The notes: generated by a model from the letters alone, not told the origin. A stretch of 64,000 nt of DNA from Chiloscyllium plagiosum (GCF_004010195.1 NC_057720.1:12574846-12638845), one strand, 5' to 3'. Counted from the stretch's first letter, positions 26,355 through 39,935 are shown. Program-made: numbers and translations.

Positions 26355-27491
26355 ATTTCACACTGCTTCACTCTCTGTCTCCTTCACACTGCCCCACTCT
26401 CTGTCTCCTTCACACTGCCCCACTCTCCGTCTCCTTCACACTGCCCTACTCTCTCTCGCCTTCACACTGCCCCACTCTCTGTCTCCTTCACATTGCCCCA
26501 CTCTCTGTTTCCGTCACACTGCCTCACTCTCTGTCTCCTTCACACTGCCCCACTCTCTGTCTCCTTCACACTGCCCTACTCTCTGTTGCCTTCACACTGT
26601 CCAACTCTCTGTCTCCTTCACACTGCCCCACTCTCTGTCTGCTTCACACTGCCTCACTCTCTGTCTCCTTCACACTGCCCCACTCTCTGTCTCCTTCACA
26701 CTGCCCTACCATTCATCTCCTTCACACTGCCCCACTCTCTGTCTGCTTCACACTGCCCCACTCTCTGTCTCCTTCACACTGCCCCACTCTCTATCTCCTT
26801 CACACTGCCCCACCGTCCATCTCCTTCACACTGCCCCACTCTCTGTCTGCTTCACACTGCCCACACTGCCCCACTCTCTGTCTGCTTCACACTGCCCCAC
26901 TCTCTGTCTCCTTCACACTGCCCCACCGTCCATCTCCTTCACACTGCCCCACTCTCTGTCTCCTTCACACTGCCCCACTCTCTGTCTGCTTCACACTGTC
27001 CCACTCTCTGTCTCCTTCACACTGCCCCACTCTCTATCTGCTTCACACTGCTTCACTCTCTGTCTCCTTCACACTGCCCCACTCTCTGTCTGCTTCACAC
27101 TGTCCCACTCTCTGTCTCCTTCACACTGCCCCACTCTCTATCTGCTTCACACTGCTTCACTCTCTGTCTCCTTCACACTGCCCCACTCTCTGTCTCCTTC
27201 ACACTGCCCCACTCTCTGTCTGTATGACACTGCCCCACCGTCCATCTCCTTCACACTGCCCCACTCTCTGTCTCCTTCACACAGCCTCACTCTCTGTCTC
27301 CTTCACTCTGCCTCACTCTCTGTCTCCTTCACTCTGCCTCACTCTCTGTCTCCTTCACAATGCCCCACTCTCTGTCTCCTTCACACTGCCCCACTCTCTG
27401 TCTCCTTCACACTGCCTCACTCTCTGTCTGCTTCACACTACCCCACTCTCTGTCTCCTTCACACTGCCCCACTCTCTGTCTCCTTCACACT
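26355..27491. repeat. Minisatellite, 26-bp unit, about 43 copies
   Basis: Consensus ccttcacactgccccactctctgtct; translation repeats every 26 aa (three units). Confidence 0.97.
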
Positions 27492-27811
27492 GGTTCACCT
27501 GACCTGCTTCAGACTGCTTCATTCCCGACTTTCACACCGCTTCTAGCCGAGTTCCCATTGTTCCCCATCTACTTCCCGAAAATCATAGTTGGCTTTATGG
27601 TGCTTTGATTTGGACCCACTGTGTTTCTGCTTCCTTTGTACTGCTCCCACTCTGCCTCTGTTCACTTCTGTATTCCTACACACCCATGGTTGCCAAAGAT
27701 AACAGCTATTTCCTATCCAAATGAAAATGTATGTTAAATTCCCATGACAATCAGGCTAGAAACCACACTGCTTTTACTGATGGGATTAATTTATGTACAT
27801 ATTTACCTTAT

Positions 27812-28310
27812 GTTAAAAATCACACAACACCAGGTTATAGTCCAATCGGTTTATTTGGAAGTAGAAGTTTTCAGAGTGTTGCTCCTTCATCAGGTGGTTG
27901 TGGTGTATAAAATCACAAAACATAGAATTTATGGCAATCGATTACATTTTCATACAGTGATTTATTGAACAAACATGGATTGTTAAGTCTTTCATCTTTT
28001 AGAATGCAGTTCTCCCCTGGTGTTATGTGATTTTTAACTTTAGAGTGGTGCTGGAAAAGCACAGCAGGTCAGCATCATCCGAGGATCAGGAAAATCGACA
28101 TTTTTGGCAAAGCCCTTCATTATTCATTCCTGATGAAGGGCTTTTGCCCGAAATGTTGATTTTCCTGCTCCTCGGATGCTGCCTGACCTGCTGTGCTTTT
28201 CCAGCACCACTCTGATCTTGACTCTGATCTTCAGCATCTGTCGTACCCACTATCACCTCGTTGCTTTTTAATTTTGTCCATCCCAATCCAACAACGGCTC
28301 CTCCATGTCA
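27812..28310. mobile_element. Fold-back PLE family 2 with nested family 1 fold-back (28041-28260)
   Basis: Starts gttaaaaatcacac; right arm split at tttttaacttt/tttttaatttt by a palindrome centred near 28123. Confidence 0.82.
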
Positions 28311-28434
28311 TGGTTGATCTAATGTTATTATCCTCCACTGTGCACATTTTGATGAAGAAATTACTCCTGCTTTTATCAGGGTAAGTCGCTTTAGTTTTGG
28401 TCATGAATTCTATTTGTTGTCTGTTCTATTATCT

Positions 28435-28742
28435 TTGTTTGTGGGATGTGGACATTGCTAACTAATTGCCCGTCCCTAGTTGCCCTTTGAGAAGGTGAGG
28501 GTGAGCTGCCTTTTTGAACCACCTGCAGTAGTGGGTTGACCCACAATGCCTTTCGGGAGGGAATTCCAAGATTTTGACCCAGCGACAGTGAAGGAACAGT
28601 GATATTTTTCCAAGTCAGGATGGTGAATAATTTGGAAGGGATGTTGAAGGTGGTGGTGTTCTCATGTATCTGCTGCTCTTTCCCTTCTAGATGGAAGCGT
28701 TTGTGGGTTTCGAAGGTGCTGTCTGAGGATCGTTGGTGAATT
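28435..28742 (-). mobile_element. LINE family B 3' end
   Basis: gtgggatgtgg...gagaaggtgaggg...ttttgacccagcgacagtgaagg; colinear with 44255-44590. Confidence 0.8.
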
Positions 28743-28859
28743 AGGATCAGTTTAAATAGACCCTGTTCTTGGGAATAGACAGTTGTAAAATGATTGGAAA
28801 GAGCACAGTTTCATTGGCTGGTCTTACTGCATGTTGATTACCCTTAGTCACTATAAGGG

Positions 28860-29165
28860 ATGAGCTGGATGATTGGTTTGCAACACAGAGAAAGAGGTCA
28901 CTCATCCTGGGTCAGTTCCTGAACAAGCTGATGTCATCCCTCCCCTGAGATGTGGTGACGCTCACCACTAGTAGAAAGTGTGGACTGCAGATGCTGGAGA
29001 TCAGAGTCGAGAGTGGGGAGCTGGAAAAAGCCTCATTCCTGATGAAGGGCTCTTGCTCGAAACATCGATTCTCCTGCTCCTCGGATGTGACCCTCACCAC
29101 CAGTTATCTGTCTCCAATGAAAGAACAGCCTTCACTCCTTTGGGGTGGTGGTGACTTTTATTTTC
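28860..29165 (+). mobile_element. SINE-like family C, interrupted by fold-back PLE (28970-29086)
   Basis: Similar to 55048-55257 (+) and 57060-57225 (-); TSD gtgac(g/c)ctcaccac 28955-28968/29087-29100. Confidence 0.65.
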
Positions 29166-29544
29166 ACTTCACTGTGTGTCCTCCCCCACAAGTGCCCCTC
29201 CCTGCCTTCATGTAATTAGCCATCATTGTAATCAGTCACTTTGGATTCACCAGCAAATATTCAAAATGACACCATAGCAACATTGTAAAAGTGCTTTGCT
29301 CTCAACTTTTCATTCAGTACGTGCAGCGTTACCCATGCAAAATCTATGATTCATATTTGTACAGAAGCAGGAACACTTAAGCCACATAAACATAGAACAC
29401 GACTGGAGAGCAGAAGTTAATAGTTACTCTATTGAGAACACTTGAGAAATTCATGTTCTGAGAAAGAATAAAACATGTTGTGAAAGGCAAGAGGGCAGGA
29501 GCTAAGGAGGAGTCAAGGGCTGTGCCTGTGCAAGTATCTGAGTC

Positions 29545-30140
29545 ACTGTGAGCTGATGTTCAGTTAGTGGAGTGTCTTGCGCACATTGGCCTTTATTGCA
29601 GGGAGATGGAACACAAATGGCAGAGTCTCTCGTTGAATTAAGCTGGAGGAACAATACCTCATTTTCCACCAGGGTACTTGACAGCCTTCAGGATTCCACA
29701 ATGAGGTAATTGAACACTCTCCTCTTTGTCCATTACCCAGCACCACACTCCTAGTCCCGTCTTGTATGGGTTACTCCCAGCACAGTCAATCCATTTTCAA
29801 CCATTCACAGTTCTCATGAGCATCACATATCTCCTTCATGGCTTGCCATCAACTATCTCTTTGTTTGCCTCCCCTTTGTTTTCCACTCTTTCAGCACCGT
29901 TTTCATGTATTCTACTCATTCTTTTCCCACTCTGTCCCTAGACTGCCCCCCCCCCACCTTCCAGCAGCATAACTGCCCCCTTTCCTAGCTATTTTCAGTT
30001 CTAAAGAAGGGTCACAGGGTCACTGGGCTCAAAATGTCCAGTCAGTGTTTCTCTCGACAGACTAAGCTAAACCTGCTGATTTTTTCTTTTTCCAACAGGT
30101 TTTGTTTTTGTTTTATATTTCTAGCATCTGCAGTCTTTTG
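29545..30140 (+). mobile_element. Neptune-type PLE 3' fragment ending in family 4 tail
   Basis: KLEEQYLIFHQGT*QPSG (GIY-YIG C-terminus); decayed hammerhead about 30001-30037. Confidence 0.7.
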
Positions 30141-30219
30141 TGTTATTGTGGAGTGTTGGTTTCACCAGATCTAGGATCTTGGGTACCTCAGGAAGAGAAG
30201 ATAAGCTTTGAAGTGAAAT

Positions 30220-30398
30220 CATGATGTGGCAGTGTTGGTGTTTGATTGGGGTGGACCAGGTCAGAAGTCACATGACACTAGGTTATAGTCCAAAAGGTTT
30301 ATTTGAAATCACAAGCTTTCGGAGTGCTGCTCATTCATCAAAAGACTTCACCTGACAAAGGAACATGGCTCGGAAAGCTTCTGATTTCTAATAAACAA
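30220..30398. mobile_element. Fold-back PLE family 2 variant
   Basis: gaaatcacaagctttcggag / ctcggaaagcttctgatttc. Confidence 0.75.
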
Positions 30399-31285
30399 GG
30401 TGAAATCATGATCAAGGCTTATCTGCATCTTAGCTGAATGTACCTGCCTTTCCTCCATATCCCTTAATACTGTCACTGAGTATATCCATCTTTGTTCCGT
30501 AATTTCTAACTGCCTTGCCCTCCAAATCCAAGTTCAAAAGATTCAAGGGGAAAGTGTTCCTGATTTCCATCAGTCTTTGTGTGAGAAAGTGTTCCTCACA
30601 TTATCCGGAATAACTTAGGACTCATTACAAGGTTGTACCTAATCGTTCAAGACTTCCTCTCCCAGTGGGAATGTCACTTTTGGCTTACCCCATCATATCC
30701 TTAAACATTTCAATTCAATCAGCATTGAAGTTCCTGCAATCACTACAAACTGCGGTAACTCATGGTCTGTTGGGGCTGAGACATAAATGCCTGTGAAAAG
30801 AGCACATGAGTAAGTAATTTATTTTGTTCTGCTCTTTCTTTGAGTGCATTGCCAGCCTGGGGAGAATAAAAAACAAGCAGCACAAAAGAATCGAGGAGAA
30901 CAAAGTGCAGAGAAAGTCACATTTGCAAACATAAGATGAATGATGGGGACTCTGCAGGGAATCCGATAGTAGCAGCAACAACAGTCTCCATGAAAGGACT
31001 GTGTATAATATTAGAAATCATCCTAAGGGACTCAACAGGAACATCAATCAGATATAAATCTCACACCTAGCCACATAAGTAGTCCCGGCAATACCTGATC
31101 CAGCAAAACATAATATTAAGTTCTGTTCAGCAATTGGCAATGGAGGTCTCCACAGTCTTAGTGCATCAGGATTATCTGCCAAAGGGTATAGACCATATTA
31201 GAAGGACAATTCCGAATCTGATTAAATTTGCCTGTTTATTGATTCAAGCCGCTCAGACATCAGCCTACAGAATCCTAGACTCACT

Positions 31286-32830
31286 TATAGAGTCATCGAG
31301 ATGTACAGCACGGAAACAGACCCTTTGGTCCAACCCTTTGGTCCAACCCGTCCATGCCGACCAGATCTCCCAACCCAATCTCGTCCCACCGGCCAGCACC
31401 CAGCCCATATCCCTCCAAACCTTTCCTATTCATATACCCACCCAAATGCCTTTTAAATGTTGCAATTGTACCAACCTCCACCACTTCCTCTGGCAGCTCA
31501 TTCCATACCCGTACCACCCTCTGTGTGAGAAAGTTGCCCCGTAGGTCTCTCTTATATCTTTCCCCTCTCACCCTAAACCTATGCCCTCTAGTTCTTGACT
31601 CCCTGACCTGAGGGAAAAGACTTTGCCTGTTTACCCTATCCATGCCCCTCATAATTTTGTAAACTTCGATAAGGTCACCCCTCAGCCTCCAACACTCCAG
31701 GGAAAACAGCCCCAGCCTGTTCAGCCTCTCCATGTAGCTCAAATCCTCCAACCCTGGAAACATCCTTGTAAATCTTTTCTGAACCCTTTCAAGTTTCACA
31801 AAATATTTCCAATAGGAAGGAGACCAGAACATGAGCAAATGTGGAGGAAAGGGCTCAGTTTGTGATTTTTCAGTCAGGTAGCTAGTCATACAGCTGTACA
31901 GCACAGAAACAGCCCCATCCATACTGATTAGATATCCTGAATAAATCTAGTCTCTTTGCCAGCATTTGGTCCATATCCCTACCTATTCATTTACCCATCC
32001 AGATGCCTTTTATAGAAATGTACCAACCTTCACCACTTCCTCTGAAGACAAACAGGAGCTGGGAGAACACAGCAAGCTAGGCAGCATCAGGAGGGACAGG
32101 CAGGAGGCTGGGAGAACACAGCAAGGCAGGCAGCATCAGGAGGGACAGGCAGGAGGCTGGGGGAACACAGCAAGACAGGCAGCATCAGGAGGTGGAGAAG
32201 TCAATGTTTTGGGTGTGACCCTTCCTTAGGGCTCTAACTCCACCAGTTCCTCTGGCAGCTCATTCCAAAAACGCACCAGCCTCTGTGAAAATGTTGCCTG
32301 ATAGGTCCCTTTTAAATCTTTCCCCTCTCACTTTAAATCTATGCCCCCTAGATTTATGCCCCCTAGGGTAGGGCTCCCCTACCCTCGGGAAAGACCTTGG
32401 CTATTTACCCTATCCACGCATCTCATGATTTTATAAACCTCTTTCAAATCACCCCTCAGCCTCTGACGCTCCAGAGAAAATAACCCCGACCTATGCAGCC
32501 TCTCCCTGTAGCTCAAATCCTCCAACCTCAGCAACATCCTTGTAAATCTTTTCTGAACCCTTTCAAGCTCCACATCTTTCCTATAGCAGGGAGACCAGAA
32601 TTTAACTCACCATTCCAAAAGTGGCCTAACCCTCGTCCTGTGCAGCTGCAACATAACCTCCCAACTCCTACACTCAACACACTGAGCAATAAGGGCAAGT
32701 GTACCTAGTGCCTTCTTCACTACCCTGTCTGCCTATGACTCCAAGGAACTATGAATCTGCACCCCAAGGTCTCTTTGTTTGGCAACACTCCCCAGGACCC
32801 TATCTTAGTGTATGAGTCCTGCCTTGATTG
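31286..32830 (-). mobile_element. Two CR1 3' fragments (31286-31830, 31885-32830)
   Basis: LERVQKRFTRM...RLRGDLIEVYKIM in both. Confidence 0.92.
32045..32240 (-). mobile_element. PLE family 5 tail insertion with triplicated 48-49-bp 3' end
   Basis: Units 32047-32094, 32095-32143, 32144-32192; TSD cacca(c/g)ttcctctg 32031-32044/32241-32254. Confidence 0.85.
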
Positions 32831-33789
32831 ACCTTTCCAAAAGCCAGCACCCAATGGCATTGTAGAGTTGGTGATCGCATCCACCCTCATGGAAGCCTTT
32901 CAGCAAGGTTTTCCAGATAAACAGAAGACTTATACATTGAAAACCTAGTGAAGCATGGATTAAGTACAATGTGATTGCTGAAGGTTGATGGATCTTCCAG
33001 GCCCTAAGTGAAAGCTCAATGATTGAGACAATCACCATACCAAGACACGTGGAAAGTCAAATGTCCAGCTTTCAATCAATTCAGCAATGCCAGTGGTAGA
33101 TGAGGCTATGGTGCAGGCTGTATACTAGAGAAAAGGCTAAGGCAACTTTAATGAGCCATGCGCTGATGTAAACAGATCACACACAAGGAGTAACTGCACA
33201 CTCCAAGACAGATCACCTTGTAACGTGTCAGAGGTTTACAAATGGAGTGAACGGAAAACCCGAATCTGAACATAAAATCAATAGGAATGAATGACGATCA
33301 CTTATGTCAATCCCGTGGAAAGCATCATTATAATTAATCCCTCCAAAATGTTTGTAAACGTTCAAGGAACGTGGCCTTAGAGAACTGGCTGCTCTTCATC
33401 ACTCAGTGTTTGACTCAGGGCCATGTGCCAATAAATGACCCTTGTGAATTCAAACGAATTCCCACAGTCATGGGAAGCCATGACAATGCAAACAAATGTA
33501 AAACTATCAGCATGCAGCAGTTCATTAGTTCCCTGTGAATGATCAGTGATGTTGGAGTACAAAAACAATCAACGTGTCCTCAATGTTTGACAGCACAGGC
33601 GCTACTGGTCCAGTAACCACAGGAATACCAGTATACTGCAAACACTCACTTAACACAATCCATGGAACCAATCAAACACAGGACCACAAGAGAAACTGTA
33701 GCAAACCCAGTCAAGTGCAAATTTGGGCAGTCACGTTCACCTCTTCTCTGGAATTCAGCTTTTGGTTTCCATGTTTGGCTAAAGGCTGA

Positions 33790-34420
33790 GTGAGGTCAGG
33801 AGCTGAATGGCACTAGCCTATCCCAATCTGAGCAATACTGTGATGAAGTGTCACTTGATTGCATCAGTAACGTATCCTACCGTTATGTTGCTGATGATTG
33901 AGAGTAGACTGATGGGGTGGTAATTGCCAGATTGGATTTGTCCTACTTTTTATGTACAGGACATACCTGGGTAATTTTCCACATTGTCAGGTACATGCAA
34001 ATGTTGTAGCTATATTGGAACAGCTGAACTGGGGGAGCAGCAAGTTCTGGACCACAAGCCTTCAGTACTATTGCTGCAATGTTGTCAGGACCTGTAGTCT
34101 TTGCAGTAACCAGTGTGTCCAACTGTTTCTTGGTAACATGTGGAGCGACTTGAACTGGCTGAAGACTGGTGGCTGCGATGCTGGGAACCACTGAAGAAGG
34201 CCGAGATGGATCGTGAAGATTGTTGCAAATGCGTCAGATTTCAGGCTTGTTCTTTCGCAGGGACGTGCTTGTCTCTCCAGTTGTTTTGGATGGGGATGTT
34301 TGTGGAGCCTCCTCCTCCAGTGAGTTATTAATTGCCCCCCCACCATTCACAACAGCAGAACTTAGATCTGATCCATGGATTGCAGGATTGCTTAGCTCTG
34401 TCTATCTCACACTGCTTTTT
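33790..34420 (-). mobile_element. LINE family B RT fragment
   Basis: KTTGPDNIAAIVLKACGPELAAP..LFQYSY..MWKITQVCPVHKK. Confidence 0.82.
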
Positions 34421-34454
34421 GTTTTTCTGGTTGCTGCTATCAGCAGCATCAAAT

Positions 34455-34737
34455 CCTCAAATCCCTATAGTGTGGAAGCAGGCTATTTGTCCCATCGCGT
34501 CCACAGTGACCTTCTGAAGAAGAGCATCCCATCCATACCCACACCCCATCATCCTGGAATTCCTACATCCTGGGACACAATGAAGCAGTTTAAGCATGGC
34601 CAATCCATCTTGTCTGAGGAAACCCATGCAGGCACAGGGAGAATGTGCAAACTCCACACAGACTGTTGTCCAAGGCTGGGATTGAACCCTGGTCTATGGT
34701 GCTGTGAGGCAGCAGTGTTAACCACTGCGTCACCGTG
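34455..34737 (-). mobile_element. HE1-type SINE
   Basis: gtgcaaactccacacagac...ggcagcagtgttaaccact. Confidence 0.85.
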
Positions 34738-35109
34738 TCACCTGAGTGTATGATCTTAGTCACTTTCTGATTTAAGGAGAAGACGCTTGCAGTGTAAACA
34801 AAATGCAATTGTTTGCATTTATGCATCTATTTGCAGTTTATTGCAATAAGCTGTAGATATATACAAAGTCAGTTGGGAGGATCTAACCTTAGATCTATAT
34901 CCCACACGGTCATACTTAACCCTGACTAAGTCCTCATGACATCATCACCATGCGTAGTACATTTTGCATTCTGTCATTTTTAACAGTTTCAGAGCTGCAC
35001 ACAATTCTCTTGAAGCTTTCATACAAACATACCTGGCAGGAGATGGACTAAATCATTCAGCCAATCAAACCTGCTCCACCATTCAATGGCTGATCTTAAC
35101 CAAGCCTTT

Positions 35110-35430
35110 TTTTATTCCTTCATGGAATGTGGGTGTCAGTAGTTGGGCCAGCATTTATTACTCATCCCTAATTACCCAGAGGGCAGTTAAGAGTCAACCA
35201 CGTTATTGTAGGTCTGGAGTTACATGGAGACCAGGTAAGGCAGATAGATTGCCTTTCATGAAGGGCAATAGTATCTCCAATGGGTTTTCCCCCAACAATG
35301 GCCATCATTAGACTCTAAATTCAGAGAATTATTGAATACAAATTCCATCATCTTCTAGGGTGGGATTTGAACATGGGTCTCCAGAACATTATCTGGGTCT
35401 CTGGATTGATTGTCTAGCAATAACACCACT
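35110..35430 (-). mobile_element. SINE family B
   Basis: ccagcatttatt...ccagagggcagttaagagtcaacc. Confidence 0.8.
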
Positions 35431-36087
35431 TCCAGGAGTGAACAGAAATGTCAACGTAGTGAAGTTCAATGAGGGATTTGAGCCCATGATTTTGTGACCC
35501 AGAGACATCAGTGTTATCATTGAACCACAGTCTAAATCAGAATTTGTACCTTTGTAATCACTTTGGCTCAGCCTCTCACCGCCTTTACCAACTTGATGAT
35601 ATCAGTAACTTTGCAATAACGCTTGTAGAACCTGGGATATCTTTTGGTATGATTGCCTCCTCTCTCACTGCATGGAGTTGCATTAGGTGTTTGGAGGAGA
35701 GACTGCACTTGCGATTAGTAAGCCTTCTTGGCAAGTGTGATTTAAAACAAATTGAAAACACGTTTGACCTTTGAGGCTACATTATGCATGTTCCTAACAT
35801 GATGACCGTATCTTTATTTTTCTTTCCATTCTGCCAGCAGGTCTTTATTTTTTACATTGGGCTCTGTGCAATGCTTTTTCATCCACGAATCCAATGGCAG
35901 GATGTCAGGCAGTCTGGGAGGGATAAACATGCAAGCAATAAAATTAATCTCCAAGGCACTTATGAGCAAACAGGATAAAATTGCCACGTAACATTGACAC
36001 TATGTATAGACCTAAACCTTCCAATTGATAGGAGGTGAAGAATGGAACAGTAAAGAGCTTGTGGAGTTTAGACAACTTTGGCTCTTT

Positions 36088-36432
36088 TATAGAATTCCTA
36101 TAGTGTGGATGCAGGCCATTCAGCCCATCAAGTCTCACACTGACCCTCCAAAGCACATTCTAATCAGACCCATTCCCTTACCCTATCCATGCATTTCCCA
36201 AAGCTAACCCACCTAATCTACACACCCCTGGACACTATGGGCAATTGAGCATGGCCAATCCACCTAACCTGCTCATCTTTGGACTGTGGGAGGAAACCAG
36301 AACACCAAGAGGAAACCCACACAGACGCAGGGAGAACATGCAAACTGCCCGTGGACAGTCACCCAAGGGTGGAATCAACTGAAATCTGGCACTGTGAGGC
36401 AGCAGTGCTAACCACTGAGCGACTGTACCATG
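36088..36432 (-). mobile_element. HE1-type SINE
   Basis: atagaattcctatagtgtgg tail; V-domain; head. Confidence 0.88.
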
Positions 36433-36675
36433 CTGATTTCTGTTACCAAAATGACTGGCCACCTCCACCTCTGTAATATCGCTGGGTTCTGTACTTGCTA
36501 TGGCTGAAACCCCATCATACTCAACTTTTCCAACACACTGTTTGGTTGATCTCTCTCATCCTATTCTCCCTACGTCCTGTCGGGTAGTAGAAAGATTGCA
36601 GTGTCAACCCTAATCAGTAGGAAGCACACTGGCCTTTAATTCAATAGTCCTTTATGAATATTGGCTTTTCTAAAT

Positions 36676-39648
36676 AGAGTCATAGAGTCATAGAGATGTA
36701 CAGCATGGAAACAGACCCTTTGGTCCAACCCGTCCATGCCGACCAGATATCCCAACCCAATCTAGTCCCACCTGCCAGCACCCGGCCCATATCCCTCGAA
36801 ACCCTTCCTATTCATATATCTATCCAAATGCCTCTTAAATGTTGCAGTGTACCAGCCTCCACCACCACCTCTGACAGCTCATTCCATACACGTACCACCC
36901 TCCGCGTGAAAACGTTGCCCTTTAGGTCTCTTTTATATCTTTCCCCTCTCACCCTAAACCTATGCCCTCTAATTCTGGACTCCCTGACCCCAGGGAAAAG
37001 ACTTTGCCTGTTTACCTTATCCAGGCCCCTCATAATATTGTAAACCTCTATAAGGTCTCCCCTCAGCCTCCGATGCTCCAGGGAAAACAGCCCCAGCCTG
37101 TTCAGCCTCTCCCTACAGCTCAAATCCTCCAACTCTGGCAACATCCTTGGAAATGTTTTCTAAACCATTTCAAGTTTCACAACATCTTTCCGATAGGAGG
37201 GAGATCAGAATCGCACGCAATATTCCAATAGTGGCCTAACCAATGTCCTGTACAGCCGCAATATACCCTCACAACTCCTGTACTTAATACTCTGACCAAT
37301 AAAGGATAGCATACCAAACACCTTCTTCACTATCCTATCTACCTGCGACTCCACTTTCAGGAGCTATGAACCTGCACTCCAAGGTCTCTTTGTTCAGCAA
37401 CACTCCCAAGGACCTTACTATTAAGTGTATAAGACCTGCTAAGATTTGCCTTCCCAAAATGCAGCATCTCGCATTTATCTGAATTAAACTCCATCTGCCA
37501 CTTCTCAGCCCATTGGCCCATCTGGTCCAGATCCTGTTGTGATCTGAGGTAACCCTCTTCGCTGTCCACTACACCTCCAATTTTGGTGTCATCTGCAAAC
37601 ATACTAACCATATATCTTATGCTCACATCCAAATCATTTATATAAATGACAAAGAGTAGAGGACCCAGCATTGATCCTTGTGGCACCTCACTGGTCACAG
37701 GCCTCCAGTCTGAAAAATAACCCTCCACCACCACCCTCTGTCTTCTACCTTTGAGCCAGTTCTGTATCCAAATGGTTAGTTCTCCTTGTATTCCATGAGA
37801 TTTAACCTTGCTAACCAGTCTCCCATGTCGAATGCCTTACTGAAGTCCACATAGATCACATTTACCGTTTTGCCCTCATCGATCCTCTTTGTTACTTCCT
37901 CAAAAAACTCAATCAAGTTTGTGAGACATGATTTCCCACGCACAAAGCCATGTTGACTATCCCTAATTTGCCTTTCCAAATACATGTACATCCTGTCCTT
38001 CAGGATTCCCTCTAACAACTTGCCCACCACCGAGGTCAGGCTCACTGGTCTATAGTTCCCTGGCTTGTCCTTACCACCCTTCTTAAACAGTGGCACCACG
38101 TTAGCCAATCTCCAGTCTCTGGCACCTCACCTGTGACTATCGATGAGACAAATATCTCAACAAGAGGCTAAGCAATCACTTCTCTAGCTTCCCACAGAGT
38201 TCCAGGGTATACCTGATCAGGTTCTGGAGATTTATCCACCTTTACCCTTTTCAAGACATCCAACACTTCCTCCTCTGTAGTCTGGACATTTTGCAAGATG
38301 TCACCATCTGTGTCCCTGCAGTCTATATCTTCCATATCCTTTTCCACAGTAAATACTGATGCAAAATACTCATTTAGTATCTCCCCCATTTTTTGCGGCT
38401 CCACACAAAGGCTGCTTTGCTGATCTTTGAGGGGCCCTATTCTCTCCCTAGTGACCCTTTTGACCTTAATATGTTTGTAAATGCTCTTTGGATTCTCCTT
38501 AATTCTAATTGCCAACGCTATCTCATGTCCCCGTTTTGCCCTCCCGATTTTCCTCTTATGTATACTCCTACTTTCTTTATACTCTTCTAAGGATTCACTC
38601 GATCTATCCTGTCTATACCTTACATATGCTTCCTTCTTTTTATGAACCAAACCCTCAATTTCTTTAATCATCCAGCATTCCCTATACCTACCAGCCTTCC
38701 CTTTCACCCTGACAGGAATATACTTTCTCTGAATTTTCGTTATCTCATTTCTGAAGGCTTCCCATTTTCCAGCCGTACCTTTACCTGCGAACATCTGCCC
38801 CCAATCAGCTTTCGAAAGTTCTTGCCTAATACCATCAAAATTGGCCTTTCTCCAATTTCGAACTTCAACTTTTAGATCTCGTCTATCCTATTCCATCATT
38901 ATTTTAAGTCTAATAGAATTATGGTTGCAGACCCTAAAGTTCTCCCCCACTGATACTTCAGTCACCTGCCCTGCCTTATTTCCCAAGAGTAGGTCAAGTT
39001 TTGCACCTTCTCTAGTAAGTACATCCACATACTGAATCAGAAAATTGTCTTGTACATGCTTAACAAATTCCTCTCTATCTAAATCCTTAACACTATGGCA
39101 GTCCCAGTCGCTGTTTGGAAAGGTGAAATCCCCTACCATAACTACCCTATTATTCTTACAGATAGCTGAGATCTCCTTACAAATTTGTTTCTCAATTTCC
39201 CTCTGACTATGAGGGGATCTATAATACAATCCCAATAAGGTTATCATCCCTTTCTTATTTCTCAGTCCCACCCAAATAACTTCCCTGGGTGTATTTCCAG
39301 GAATATCCTCCCTCAGCACAGCTGTAATGCTATCCCTTATCAAAAAATGCGCCCCCCCCCCACCCCCCTTTCCTCCCTTTCGATCCTTCCTGTAGCATTT
39401 GTATCCTGGAACATTAAGCTGCCAGTCCTACCCATCCCTGAGCCATGTTTCTGTAATTGCTATTATCCTCCTATTCCTGCCCTCACTAGCTTGTAGCACC
39501 GAGAGTAATCCAGATATTACTACTCTTGAGGACCTCCTTTTGAAATTTCTGCCTATCTTTCTGTTATCTCCCTTCAGAATCTCAACCTTTTCCCTTCCTA
39601 TTCATTGGTTCCAATATGGACAATGACCTCTTGCTGGCCACTCTCCAG
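36676..39648 (-). mobile_element. CR1 LINE, near-complete ORF2 plus ORF1 remnant, disrupted
   Basis: APE (VMVGDF, LDLLL), RT (PGNYRPVSLTS, QHGF, DFSKAFD, VPQGSMLGP, FADD); (agagtcat)n tail. Confidence 0.97.
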
Positions 39649-39935
39649 GATGAGGGTGTCACTGGCCAAGCCAGAATTTAGTGCCCATCCCTAATTGCCC
39701 AGAGGGCAGTTAAGAGTCAACCACATTACTGTGGGTCTGGAATCACATGTAGGCCAGACCAGGTAAGTATGGCAGTTTCCTTCCCTAAAGAGCATTCGTG
39801 AACCAGATGGGCTTTAGGACAATCGATTCATGGTCATCATTTCACCTTTTGTTTTGGATATTTGTTGAATTCAAAGTCCACCATCTACTGTGGCGGGATT
39901 TGAACCCAGGTCCCGTAAATATTATCTGGGTTTCC
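39648..39935 (-). mobile_element. SINE family B
   Basis: ccagagggcagttaagagtcaaccacatt...gaaccagatggg. Confidence 0.82.

Noticed and set aside
26355..27491. CRISPR array
   Set aside because: Contiguous units with no unique spacers, no cas genes, vertebrate context.
26266..27546. 426-aa ORF and overlapping ORFs as a repetitive protein gene
   Set aside because: Artefact of a stop-free 26-bp minisatellite; the same peptide appears in all three frames.
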